Positions 1-11,849 of a DNA stretch of 64,000 nt are shown piece after piece. Where the stretch lies: positions 5,084,001 through 5,148,000 of the forward strand of contig OZ024764.1 in assembly GCA_964016885.1 (NCBI GenBank), given 5' to 3'. Position 1 is the first letter of the stretch; every line of letters starts with the position of its first letter. The position numbers and the translations under genes were made by a program. The DNA comes from Eledone cirrhosa (lineage: Eukaryota). The notes beneath the pieces were generated by a model. The model ran no database searches. It was not told where the DNA came from and saw nothing but the letters and a program-made list of their open reading frames with translations.

Positions 1-209
1 TATAGAGGACTACATCCACAATCCACCAGACATTTTCCCTACCAACACCCCACACAAGTTCCCAAACCTCACCATAAAGTGGTCCCGCTGCAGCCATGAC
101 AAACGTGTCCAGTCCACACTGTACAGTGGTCTTGTAGGTGTCTTGCCAAAAATCAATATTGGGCCTTAAAACCTTGAGTCCCTTTTGTTCTGTGTATGAA
201 CATAAATAA

Positions 210-545
210 TTGTTTCTACTTTTGGCACAAGGCCAGCAATTATCCAGTGCATTACTGGTACTTTATTTTATCGACCCCGTAAGGATGAAAGGCAAAGTTA
301 ACCTCGGCGGGATTTGAACTCAGATCATACAGGGAGGTAACTATGCTTCAAAGCATGGCGTCCGACTCTCTACCGATACTGCCAATCCACCGCCTGAACA
401 TAAATAAATAATTGGTTCTACTTTAGGCACAAGGCCAGCAATTACCTAGTACATTACTGGTACTTTATTTTATCGACTCCGTAAGGATGAAAGGCAAAGT
501 CAACCTCGGAGGGATTTGAACTCAGATCGGAAAGGGACGTAACTA
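210..545 (-). mobile_element. tandem tRNA-derived SINEs, octopus type (full 210-394, 5'-truncated 410-545)
   Basis: Minus strand reads GGCGGTGGATTGGCAGTATCGG (box A)...GAGTTCAAATCC (box B)...TTTGCCTTTCATCC...GGTCGATAAAATAAAGTACCAG. Copies at 6755-7141, 8107-8186, 20889-21223, 30229-30615, 31582-31662, 45854-46039, 52064-52450, 53429-53509. Confidence 0.8.
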
Positions 546-623
546 AATAAATAATGTAGTATATATATATGTATTTGTGTGTGTATCTATTTATATATTT
601 AAGTATATTTTTTGTAATCACAG

Positions 624-665
624 GACTGATACAGAGGAGGGTACCGCTCCAGAAAATAATGACGA
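624..665 (+). pseudogene. 42-nt micro-exon copy with inactivated donor (phase-2 peptide TDTEEGTAPENND)
   Basis: Acceptor ...ttttttgtaatcacAG intact; 42 nt homologous to 8267-8308, but the donor reads GAAAGT instead of GTAAGT, the TTTAAC branch motif reads TTTAAG and 6 nt are missing downstream. Confidence 0.6.
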
Positions 666-723
666 GAAAGTTTTACATACTATCTAACCATTATTCTATC
701 TGTTCCTTCCCGTCTCTCTCTCT

Positions 724-758
<35 letters not shown>

Positions 759-883
759 AGGTGTATTACTGGTTGTGTAAAACGGTCCAATAAATTTTTG
801 TTAGCAATATTAAGTCTCCACGCTTTTGTATATCTCCAATTCCATTTAAGGGAACAGCTAGATGATGTAAAACGGAGTATTTC

Positions 884-984
884 TATCAAAATGAAAATCC
901 GAAGGCAAGGTAAAATTTCCAATCATTTTAATCACGTCGTGATTGAAATGATTGGAAATCTTACCTTCCTTCGGATTTTCATTT

Positions 985-989
<5 letters not shown>
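884..989. repeat. ~105-bp near-perfect palindrome (fold-back/MITE-like) downstream of class A exons
   Basis: TATCAAAATGAAAATCCGAAGG...AATCACG T CGTGATT...CCTTCGGATTTTCATTTTGATA; copies near 7487, 8518, 21557, 30968, 32009, 46361, 52803, 53840. Confidence 0.9.
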
Positions 990-1020
<31 letters not shown>

Positions 1021-1039
1021 CTCTGTCTCTTATAAACCA

Positions 1040-1397
1040 CGTTGGCTATTATGACACTCTCTCCAACATAGAGAGCTATGTTGGCTAATATAAACTATCT
1101 CTCTCTATGTTGGCTATTATGACTCTCTCTCTCTCTCTCTCTCCCTCCCTCTCTATGTTGGCTAATATGACTCTCTCTCCCTCTCTATGTTGGCTATTAT
1201 GACTCTCTCTCTCTCTATGTTGGCTATTATGACTCTCTCTCTCTCTATGTTGGCTATTATGACTCTCTCTCTCTCTATGTTGGCTATTATGTCTCTCTCT
1301 CTCTATCTATGTTGGCTATTATGACTCTCTCTCTCTATTTATGTTGGCTATTATGTCTCTCTCTCTCTATCTATGTTGGCTATTATGTCTCTCTCTG
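1040..1397. repeat. ~30-bp minisatellite (ATGTTGGCTATTATGA(CT)n)
   Basis: Variable copy number in each class A cassette: 7643-7829, 8670-8902, 24440-24857, 31120-31304, 32160-32414, 46505-46702, 52967-53150, 53991-54245. Confidence 0.92.
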
Positions 1398-1711
1398 TTC
1401 AAGCTTTATGAAGTTAGTTGAACATCTTCAAAGTCCTCCCATATTCGCCTTGTCTAATATGCGTTCTTGTACCTGATTATTTCCACCAAATCTCCTGGGA
1501 TGTTATAAACCATGATGGCTACCTATCTCACAATTTCTCTCCTGCCCACCCCCTCACACCACCATAGTCTATTCGACCAATCAAACCTCAGCAACATGTC
1601 CCCCACCCATTACCAACCCCAACAAACTCTGCCATTACTACTACTTCTACTTTTCTTCTAGCCCTTACCAGCCCCAACAAACCCTGACATTATTACTACT
1701 ATTGTCCTTCT

Positions 1712-3139
1712 AGCTATGGGCTGAGGATAAATGGGGCTACCCCAAATTAATAAATGAATATGAATCCGCGAGTTACCAAGCACCCATGCAAAGCTTTAAT
1801 TCAGAGACAGGAAGCATACACACCCCACTGCAAAAATTCACCCTTTCCCACGAGTGGTGGCAAATGCCCAAAACTCCGAGTTGGAACCATCAATGTAAGC
1901 ACAATGAAAGGAAGAGCAGGAGAAATTGTAGAGATGCTAGAGCGAAAGAAAATTGATGTATGCTGTGTGCAAGAGACTAGATGGAGAGCAGAGTCCGCTG
2001 GAGTCCTTGCAGGCAGAAGTCAGTGCTACCAATTTGTCTGGGTAGCAAATGACAACAGGATGGGAGGTGTAGCTATCCTATTAGCTGACAAATGGGTAGA
2101 TAAGGTAATCTCAGTGAACAGGGTGAATGCAAGAATAATGAAACTTGGACTAGTCCTGAATAAAACAATTGCCACAATAATATCAGCTTACGCACCCCAA
2201 TTGGGGTTGCCAGCTGACTATAGCGGGGAATTTAGTTTAGAGGTCGGTGTCCACCAGGGCTCTGTTCTTAGCCCACTCCTGTTCGTTGAAGTATTGCAAG
2301 CAATAACGGAGGTGATTATGACCGGTGCCCATGGGAACTCCTATATGCGGATCATCTCACACTTATAGCCGAATCTATGGTGGAACTATACTTGCTCAGT
2401 ATGTAGAAAGGAGTAGGCTGGCTGCAAAAGGCTTTCCCCTCAAAATGAAAAGCAGACTGTATGATGTGGGTATACGAATAGCAATGTTACATAGTAGTGA
2501 AACCTTGGCGCCGTCTGTGGAAGACTTGCATAGATTAGAAAGAAATGAAGCCTGCATGCTCCGATGGATGTGTAATAGTAATATACGCGAACGGCAAAGC
2601 ATAAATGAATTGAGAGAGTGACTGAGCATAAGAGGAATGAAATGCTGTGTGCAGGAGAGGAGGTTGCATTGGACATGTGATGCGTATGAAGGATGACAGC
2701 TGTATAAAAAGGTGTAGAGCAGTAGAAGTCGATGGAAGCCGTAGAGTGGGGAGACCCAAGAAGAGCTGGGATGAGGTGATAAAAGCCGACCTTACCCAGT
2801 TGCACCTCTCAAAGGCGATGACACAGGACCGTCACCTCTGGCATCAAGCAGTAATACAGAAGACCTGACTCCCCAGGGCTACAAGCGGAAGCTGAAGCGT
2901 ATGCTCCCACCCTCTCCGACTGTACAGTGGACGTATAGGCGCCACAGACAAAAAGCACCCAGGACTCACTGTAAATGAGGTTGGTGTTAGGAAGGGCATC
3001 CAGCTGTAGGAATCAAGCCAGAATCAGTTCCTGTATGAGCAAGACAAGGTCAGCTGAACAGACACTGCCCACAACAGGACAACCCGTCTAACCCATGCTA
3101 GCGTGGAAGAATGGACGTAAAACAGTGATGAAGATGATA
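1712..3139 (+). mobile_element. internally deleted RTE-clade LINE (APE N-terminus fused to RT middle and C-terminus, 3' UTR, (TGA)n-like tail)
   Basis: ORF 1754-2368: RVGTINV...DVCCVQETRW...GVAILL...ISAYAPQ (endonuclease) joined directly to VGVHQGSVLSPLLF (RT); downstream GHVMRM...GRPKKSW. Confidence 0.9.
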
Positions 3140-5260
3140 TATCATATATGCCAGTGTACAAGTTGACATTTGGAGCCTAAAAATATCTCTCCAAAACCAG
3201 GGGTCGACTTGTCTGCTGAATATAGTATGTTACCTTTACCACTGAGGGGTAAACAGTGAAACTGCCTGCCTAACACTTGTTGTACACCACTTACCATAAC
3301 TCTAGCAACCCACCACATTTATTTCTACTGAATCTCATATTTGTTAAGTTTAACGTAGAGATTATAGTAATATCAATGTCTTGCTGTAGCTTATAGGGTA
3401 GGTTACTGTTGGGTAGGTTACTGTAGCGTAGGTTACCATAGGGTAGGTTACTGTAGGGTAGGTTACGATAGGGCAGGATACTGTAGGGTAAGTTACTGGA
3501 GGGTAGGTTACCATAGGGTAGGTTACCGTAGGGTAGGTTACCATTGGGTAGGTTATTATAGGGTAGGTTACCACAGGGTAGGTGACCATAGAATAGGTTA
3601 CTGTAGGGTATTTTACCATAGGGTAGGTTACCTTATGGTAGGTTACCTTAAGGTAGGTTACCATAGGGTAAGTTACCATAGGGTAGGTTACCTTAGGGTA
3701 GGTGACCATAGTGTAGGCTACCATAGGTTAGGTTCTGTATGGTAGGTTAGGTTACTATAGGGTAGGTTACCATAGGGTAGGTTACGATAGGGTTAGTTAC
3801 CATAGGGTAGGTTACCATAGCGTAGGTTACTATTGGGTAGGTTACCATAGGGTAGGTTACTGTAGGTTAGGTTACGTAGGGTAGGTTACCATAGGGTAGG
3901 TTGCCATAGAGTAGGTTATTATAGGGTAGGTTACCATAAGGTAGATTACCTCAGGGTATGTTACCATAGGGTAGGTTACTGTAGGGTAGGTTACCATAGT
4001 GTAGGATACCTTAAATTAGGTTACCACAGGAAAAGTTACCATATGGTAGGTTACTGTAGGTTAGGTTACCATAGGGTAGGTTATCATAGGTTAGGTTACC
4101 AAAGGGTAGGTTACTATAGGTTGTTACCATTGGGTAGGTTACTGTAGGGTAACATAGGTTACCATAGTGTAGGTTAATATAACATAGGTCACCATAGTGT
4201 AGGTTACCTTAGATTAGGTTACCACAGGATAGGTTACCATATGGTAGGTTACTGTAGGTTAGGTCACCATAGGGTAGGTTACTATAGGGTAGGCTACTAT
4301 AGGTTGTTACCATAGGGTAGGTTACTATAGGTTGTTACCATAGGGTAGGTTACTATAGGTTGTTACCATAGAGTAGGTTACAATATGGTTGGTTACCATA
4401 GTGTAGGTTACTATAACATTGGTTACCATAGTGTAGGTTACCTTAATTTAGGTTACCATAGGTTAGGTTACCGTATCGTAGGTTACTGTAGGTTAGGTTA
4501 CAATAGGGTAGGTTACTATAGGGTAGGCTACCAATGATAGGTTATGATGGGTTAGGTTCCATAGGGTAGGTTACCACAGTATATGTTACCATATGGTAGG
4601 TTAGGTTACCATAGGGTAGGTCACCATAGTGTAGGTTACTTTAGATTAGGTTACCATAGGGTAGGTTACCACAGGATAAGTTACCATATGGTAGGTTACT
4701 ATAACATAGGTTACCAAAGTGTAGGTTTCTATAGGTTGTTACCATAGGGTAGGTTACTGTAGGGTAGGTTACTGTAAGGTAGGTTACCATAGGGTAGGAT
4801 ACTGTAGGGTAGGTTACCAGAGGGTAGGTTATTATAGTATAGGTTACCGTAGGGTAGGTTTCCATGAAGTAGGTGACCATAGGGTAGGTTACTATAAGTT
4901 AGGTTACCATAGGGTAGGTTTCCATGAAGTAGGTTACCACAGGGTAGGTTAACATAAATTAGGTTACCTTAGGGTAGGTTACCATAAGTTAGGTTACCAT
5001 ACGGTAGGTTACCATAGGTTTGTTAAGGTTAGGCTAGGCTGGTCTACACGGTGAGTTAAAACTCACTTGTGACTGTAGTGTTTTAGAAGAAGTGTCTTAA
5101 TCTTTCGTGCACCACTAAATTTTTTAACTATTTCCCCTGAAACTGCCTTATTTTGGGGAGGTTATCTTATCAATCGAATAGCGTCCTAAATCTAAATTAC
5201 ACCTCAGAATTTTAGGGGCCACGCTATGTACCGGATAGACTTGTACACCGGCATATATAT
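3140..5260. mobile_element. non-autonomous TIR DNA transposon (Tc2/pogo-like ends) enclosing the 15-bp minisatellite
   Basis: Left TATCATATATGCCAGTGTACAAGT versus right ACTTGTACACCGGCATATAT(GGTA); subterminal GTCGACTT-type motifs; TA context. Copies at 26597-28734, 33984-35744, 48445-50568, 55815-57575; truncated at 10473-11849, 36991-37580, 58822-59411. Confidence 0.65.
3393..5035. repeat. 15-bp minisatellite (GGTTACCATAGGGTA)n
   Basis: Degenerate tandem array; others at 10725-11695, 26850-28510, 34236-35525, 36991-37435, 48698-50345, 56067-57355, 58822-59265. Confidence 0.95.
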
Positions 5261-5574
5261 ATATGCAAAGAGAGCGAGAGAAACAGCGGGAGTGAGAGAG
5301 ATACATTAAAACAATAACAGAGGTCTGACTGGAGAATTTACTTTAGAATTTTAAGAGAAAAGAGGAAGGTTTCAGACTTCTGGAATTCCTTCACGAAAAT
5401 GTCCTATTTATCTGTAACACAAACTTCAAAAAATGAGACAACCACTTAATAACCTATAGATCATGTGAGCCCACCAGCTAGATAGATTTCCTTGTTACCA
5501 GAAGACAGAGTGACTGTTATAAACACAAAGTCCCTCCCTAGTGAAGAATGCACCTCCCAACATACCTTAGGAGA

Positions 5575-6695
5575 TAAACTGGAAGAAAAGAGTAGAGATC
5601 AAAATCAAAAGGTCTTAAAGTCAATTTGGTAAAGACTAAAGTTCTAGTAAGTAGAAAGGAAAACAGGGCCCAGATCTCTTCAGGTAAACTGTCCTGCTCA
5701 GTGTGCAGAAAAGGAGTAGGTAGAAATTCCATCCTATGTCCCATATAGAAATGATGGGTACACAAAAGATGTCGTGGGATCTCAGGGAGGCTAACAAAGA
5801 ACGTAGCTTCTACATGTGGCCAATGAACAGGGGCAGGAAATATCAAGAGCTCTCGGGTTACAATCTCCTTCAAATACCCAGAAGTCTCTGTAGAGGTGGT
5901 AGATAGTTTCTGTTACCTAGGTGACTAAATCAGCAGTGGAGGAGGGTGGTCCCAAAACTCAGTAACAAGAGTGAGATTAGATTGGAGAAAGTGCAGGGAT
6001 CTACTACTACTGCTAACAACAAAAAGTTTTTCCCTCAAAATGAAGGGCAGACTGTATGATGCAGGTATACAAACAACAATGTTGCACAGCAGCGAGACCT
6101 GGGCACTGTGTGTAGAAGATCTGTAAAGATTGGAAAGAAATGAAGCCTCCATGCTTCAATGGATGTGCCATAGTAATATATGCAAATGGCAAAACATAAA
6201 TGTACTGCGAGAGAAATTAGGCATAAGAGGGATTAGATGCAGTGTGCAGGAGAGGGATTGTTTTGGTATAGACATGTGATGTGTATGAAGGGTGACAGCT
6301 GTATAAAAAGGTGCCGAACAAACAAAGTTGACAGAAACCGTGGAGTGGGCAGGTCTAGGAAGACATGGGATGAGGTAAGGAAAGCTGACTTTGCACAATT
6401 ACACCTCGCTAAGGCAATGACACAGGAGGGTGACCTCTGGCGCTATGCACAATTATAGAGGACCTGCCCTCATAAATCCACGAGCTGAGGCATATATCTA
6501 GTATGTAACACCTTCCCCACCATCATCCCTCCCAAACACCTTCACCCCTATAACTACATCCACAATCCACCAGACATTTTCCCTACCAACACCCCACACA
6601 AGTTCCCAAACCTCACCATAAAGTGGTCCTGCTGCAGCCATGACAAATGTGCCCAGTCCACACTGTACAGTGGTCTTGTAGGTGTCCTGCCAAAA
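5575..6695 (+). mobile_element. decayed RTE LINE 3' half (KGLKVNLVKTKV, PHD-type Cys cluster, RT C-terminus, 3' UTR)
   Basis: Stop-riddled frames CSVCRKGVGRNSILC and RHVMCMK...GRSRKTW. Related copies at 12640-13420, 20215-20830, 29045-30170, 36370-36990, 45281-45795, 50885-52000, 58200-58820. Confidence 0.85.
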
Positions 6696-7231
6696 ATCAA
6701 TATTGGGCCTTAAAACCTTGAGTCCCTTTTGTTCTGTGTATGAACATAAATAATTGTTTCTACTTTTGGCACAAGGCCAGCAATTATCCAGTGCATTACT
6801 GGTACTTTATTTTATCGACCCCGTAAGGATGAAAGGCAAAGTTAACCTTGGCGGGATTTGAACTCAGATCATAAAGGGAGGTAACTATGCTTCAAAGCAT
6901 GGCGTCCGACTCTCTACCGATACTGCCAATCCACCGCCTGAACATAAATAAATAATTGTTTCTATTTTAGGCACAAGGCCAGCAATTACCCAGTACATGA
7001 CTGGTACTTTATTTTATCGACCCCGTAAGGATGAAAGGCAAAGTTAACCTCGGCGGGATTTGAACTCAGATCATAAAGGGACGTAACTCTATGCTTCAAA
7101 GCATGGTGTCCGACTCTCTACCGATACTGCCAATCCACCACCCTGAACATAAATAAATAATGTAATATATATATATATGTATGTGTGTGTGTATCTATTT
7201 ATATATTTAACTATATTTTTTGTAATCACAG

Positions 7232-7273
7232 GACTGTTCCACTGCAGAGTTCCGTTAGAGGAAACAGTGACGA
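7232..7273 (+). CDS. 42-nt symmetric micro-exon, class A (phase-2 peptide TVPLQSSVRGNSD)
   Basis: tttaac...ttttttgtaatcacAG | GACTGTTCCACTGCAGAGTTCCGTTAGAGGAAACAGTGACGA | GTAAGT; length 3n. Confidence 0.65.
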
Positions 7274-7577
7274 GTAAGTTTTAGTTTTACACACTATCTA
7301 ACCATTATTCTATCTGTTCCTTCCCGTCTCTCTCTCTCTTTATATATATATATATATATGTATATATAGTAAGATGTATTATTGGTTGTGTAAAACGGTC
7401 CAATAAATTTTTGTTAGCAATATTAAGTTCTCCACGCTTTTGTATATCTCCAATTCCATTCAAGGGAACAGCTAGATGATGTAAAAAAATCCGAAGGCAA
7501 GGTAAAATTTCCAATCATTTTAATCATGTCGTGATTAAAATGATTGGAAATCTTACCTTCCCTTCGGATTTTCATTT

Positions 7578-7623
<46 letters not shown>

Positions 7624-8266
7624 CTCTGTCTCTTATAAACCACGTTGGCTATTATGACACTCTCTCCAACATAGAGAGCTATGTTGGCGATTATGACTCT
7701 CTCTCTCCCTCTCTATGTTGGCTATTATGACTCTCTCTCTCTCTATGTTGGCTATTATGACTCTATCTCTCTATGTTGGCTATAATGACTCTCTCTCTCT
7801 ATTTATGTTGGCTATTATGTCTCTCTCTGTACAAAGTTAATGAAGTTAGATGAACATCTTCAAAGTCCTCCCATATTCGCCTTGTCTAATATGCGTTCTT
7901 GTACCTGATTATTTCCCCCAAATCTCCTGGGATGTTATAAACCATGATGGCTACCTATCTCACAATTTCTCTCCTGCCCACCCCCTCACACCACCATAGT
8001 CTATTCGACCAATCAAACCTCAGCAACATGTCCCCCACCCATTAAAAACCCCAACAAACTCTGCCATTACTACTACTTCTACTTTTCTTCTAGCCCTTAC
8101 CAGCCCTTTATTTTATCGACCCCGTAAGGATGAAAGGCAAAGTTAACCTCGGCGGGATTTGAACTCAGATCGGAAAGGGACGTAACTAAATAAATAATGT
8201 AATATATATATATGTATTTGTGTGTGTATCTATTTATATATTTAACTATATTTTTTGTAATCACAG

Positions 8267-8308
8267 GACTGATACAGAGGAGAGTACCGCTCTAGAAAAG
8301 AATGACGA
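8267..8308 (+). CDS. 42-nt symmetric micro-exon, class A (TDTEESTALEKND)
   Basis: Canonical CAG/GTAAGT borders; phase 0 (TGA) and phase 1 (TAG) are closed, phase 2 is open. Confidence 0.65.
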
Positions 8309-8372
8309 GTAAGTTTTAGTTTTACATACTATCTAACCATTATTCTATCTGTTCCTTCCCGTCTCTCTCTCT

Positions 8373-8410
<38 letters not shown>

Positions 8411-9217
8411 AGGTGTATTATTGGTTGTGTAAAACGGTCCAATAAATTTTTGTTAGCTTTTGTATATCTCCAATTCCATTCAAGGGAACAGCTAGATGAT
8501 GTAAAACGGAGTATTTGTATCAAAATGAAAATCCAAAGGCAAGGTAAAATTTCCAATCATTTTAATCTCGCCGTGATTAAAATGATTGCAAATCTTACCT
8601 TGCCTTTGGATTTTCATTTTGATATATATATATATATGTATATATATGACTCTGTCTCTTATAAACCACGTTGGCTATTATGACACTCTCTCCAACATAG
8701 AGAGCTATGTTGGCTAATATGACTCTCTCTCTCTCTCTCTCCCTCTCTATGTTGGCTATTATGACTCTCTCTCTGTCCCACTCTATGTTGGCTATTATGA
8801 CGCTCTCTCTCTCTCTATGTTGGCTATTATGACTCTCTCTCTCTCTATGTTGGCTATTATGTCTCTCTCTCTCTATCTATGTTGGCTATTATGTCTCTCT
8901 CTGTTCAAGGTTTATGAAGTTAGTTGAACATCTTCAAAGTCCTCCCATATTCGCCTTGTCTAATATGCGTTCTTGTACCTGATTATTTCCCCCAAATCTC
9001 CTGGGATGTTATAAGCCATGATGGCTACCTATCTCACAATTTCTCTCCTGCCCACCCCCTCATACCACCATAGTCTATTCGACCAATCAAACCTCAGAAA
9101 CATGTCCCCACCCATTACCAACCCCAACAAACTCTGCCATTACTACTACTTCTACTTTTCTTCTAGCCCTTACCAGCCCCAACAAACCCTGACATTATTA
9201 CTACTATTGTCCTTCTA

Positions 9218-10472
9218 GCCATGGGCTGAGGATAAATGGGGCTACCCCAAATTAATAAATGAATATGAAACCGCGAGTTACCAAGCACCCATGCAAAGCT
9301 TTAATTCAGAGACAGGAAGCATACACACCCCACTGCAAAAATTCACCCTTTCCCACGAGTGGTGGCAAATGCCCAAAACTCCGAGTTGGAACCATCAATG
9401 TAAGCACAATGAAAGGAAGAGCAGGAGAAATTGTAGAGATGCTAGAGCGAAAGAAAATTGATGTATGCTGTGTGCAAGAGACTAGATGGAGAGCAGAGTC
9501 CGCTGGAGTCCTTGCAGGCAGAAGTCAGTGCTACCAATTTGTCTGGGTAGCAAATGACAACAGGATGGGAGGTGTAGCTATCCTATTAGCTGACAAATGG
9601 GTAGATAAGGTAATCTCAGTGAACAGGGTGAATGCAAGAATAATGAAACTTGGACTAGTCCTGAATAAAACAATTGCCACAATAATATCAGCTTACGCAC
9701 CCCAATTGGGGTTGCCAGCTGACTATAGCGGGGAATTTAGTTTAGAGGTCGGTGTCCACCAGGGCTCTGTTCTTAGCCCACTCCTGTTCGTTAAAGTATT
9801 GCAAGCAATAATGGAGGTGATTATGACCGGATGCCCATGGGAACTCCTATATGCGGATCATCTCACACTTATAGCCGAATCTATGGTGGAACTATACTTG
9901 CTCAGTATGTAGGAAAGGAGTAGGCTGGCTGCAAAAGGTTTTCCCCTCAAAATGAAAAGCAGACTGTATGATGTGGGTATACGAATAGCAATGTTACATA
10001 GTAGTGAAACCTGGGCGCCGTCTGTGGAAGACTTGCATAGATTAGAAAGAAACGAAGCCTGCATGCTCCGATGGATGTGTAATAGTAATATACGCAAACG
10101 GCAAAGCATAAATGAATTGAGAGAGTGACTGAGCATAAGAGGAATGAAATGCTGTGTGCAGGAGAGGATGTTGCATTGGACATGTGATGCGTATGAAGGA
10201 TGACAGCTGTATAAAAAGGTGTAGAGCAGTAGAAGTCGATGGAAGCCGTGGAGTGGGGAGACCCAAGAAGAGCTGGGATGAGGTGATAAAAGCCGGACTC
10301 ACTGTAAATGAGGTTGGTGTTAGGAAGGGCATCCAGCTGTAGGAATCAAGCCAGAATCAGTTCCTGTATGAGCAAGACAAGGTCAGCTGAACAGACACTG
10401 CCCACAACAGGACAACCCGTCTAACCCATGCTTGCGTGGAAGAATGGACGTAAAACAGTGATGAAGATGATA
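9218..10472 (+). mobile_element. internally deleted RTE LINE, copy 2
   Basis: ORF 9259-9912 near-identical to 1754-2368; YADH at the RT active site. Confidence 0.9.
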
Positions 10473-11849
10473 TATCATATATGCCAGTGTACTATTTGAC
10501 ATTTGGAGCCTAAAAATATCTCTCCAAAACCAGGGGTCGACTTGTCTGCTGAATATAGTATGTTACCTTTACCACTGAGGGGTAAACAGTGAAACTGCCT
10601 GCCTAACACTTGTTGTACACCACTTACCATAACTCTAGCAACCCACCACATTTATTTCTACTGAATCTCATATTTGTTAAGTTTAACGTAGAGATTATAG
10701 TAATATCAATGTCTTGCTGTAGCTTATAGGGTAGGATACTGTAGCGTAGGTTACCATAGGGCAAGTTACTGTAGGGTAGGTTACTATAGGGTAGGTTACC
10801 ATAGGGTAGGTTACTGTCTGGTAGGTTACTGTAGGGTAGGTTACTGTCTGGTAGGTTACCATAGGGTAGGTTACTGTATGGTAGGTTACTGTAGGGTAGG
10901 TTACTGTATGGTAGGTTACCATAGGGTAGGTTACTGTAGGTTAGGTTACTATAGGGTAGGTTACTATAGGGTAGGTTGCGATAGGGTATGTGACCATAGC
11001 GTAGGTTACTATAGGGTAGGTTACCATAGGGTAGGTTACTACAGAGTAGGTTATTATAGGGTAGGTTACCATAAGGTAGGTTATTATAGGGTAGGTTACC
11101 ATAGGGTAGATTACTATAGTGTAGGTTACCATAGGGTAGGTTACCATAGGGTAAGTTACCTCAGGGTAGGTTACTATAGGGTAGGTTACCATGGGGTAGG
11201 TTACCATAGGCTATATTATCATATGGTAGGTTACGGTAGGGTAGGTTACTATAACATAGGTTACCATAGGGTAGATTACTATAGGGTAGGTTACCATAGG
11301 GTAGGTTACCATGGGGTAGGTTACCATAGGCTATATTATCATATGGTAGGTTACTATACGGTAGGTTACTGTAGGGTAGGTTACCATAAGGTAGGTTACT
11401 GTAGGGTAGGTTACCATAGGGTAGGTTAAGGTAGGGTAGGTTACTATAACATAGGTTACCATAGTGTAGATTACCTTAAATTAGGCTACCATAGGGTAGG
11501 TTACTATAACATAGGTTACCATAGTGTAGGTTACCATAGGGTGGCTTACCATGGGTTAGGTTACTATAGGGTTGGTTGCCATAGAGTAGGTTACCATGGA
11601 ATAGGTTGCCATAGGGTATGTTACCATACCATAGGGCTGGTTATCATAGGGTAGGTTATTATAAGGTAGGTTACCATATGTTTGTTAAGGTTAGGCTAGG
11701 CTGGTCTACTCGGTGAGTTAAAACTCACTTGTGACTGTAGTGTTATAGAAGAAGTGTCTTAATCTTTAGTGCGCCACTAAATTTTTTAACTATTTCCCCT
11801 GAAACTGCCTTATTTTTTGGGTGTCGTCTTATGAATCGAATAGTGTCGT

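Noticed and set aside
624-665. Phase-1 peptide LIQRRVPLQKIMT resembling an aspartic-protease propeptide start
   Set aside because: Too short to be significant; this copy has a dead donor and five sister exons have a stop in that frame.
3362-4880. ORFs of VTYPM / VGYHR pentapeptide repeats (also 10695-11429, 34419-35451 and others)
   Set aside because: Read-through of a 15-bp minisatellite on both strands with frequent frameshifts; no gene structure.
5042-5070. GTGAGT donor-like sites on both strands
   Set aside because: They are the two arms of a short palindrome inside the TIR element, with no matching acceptor or exon.
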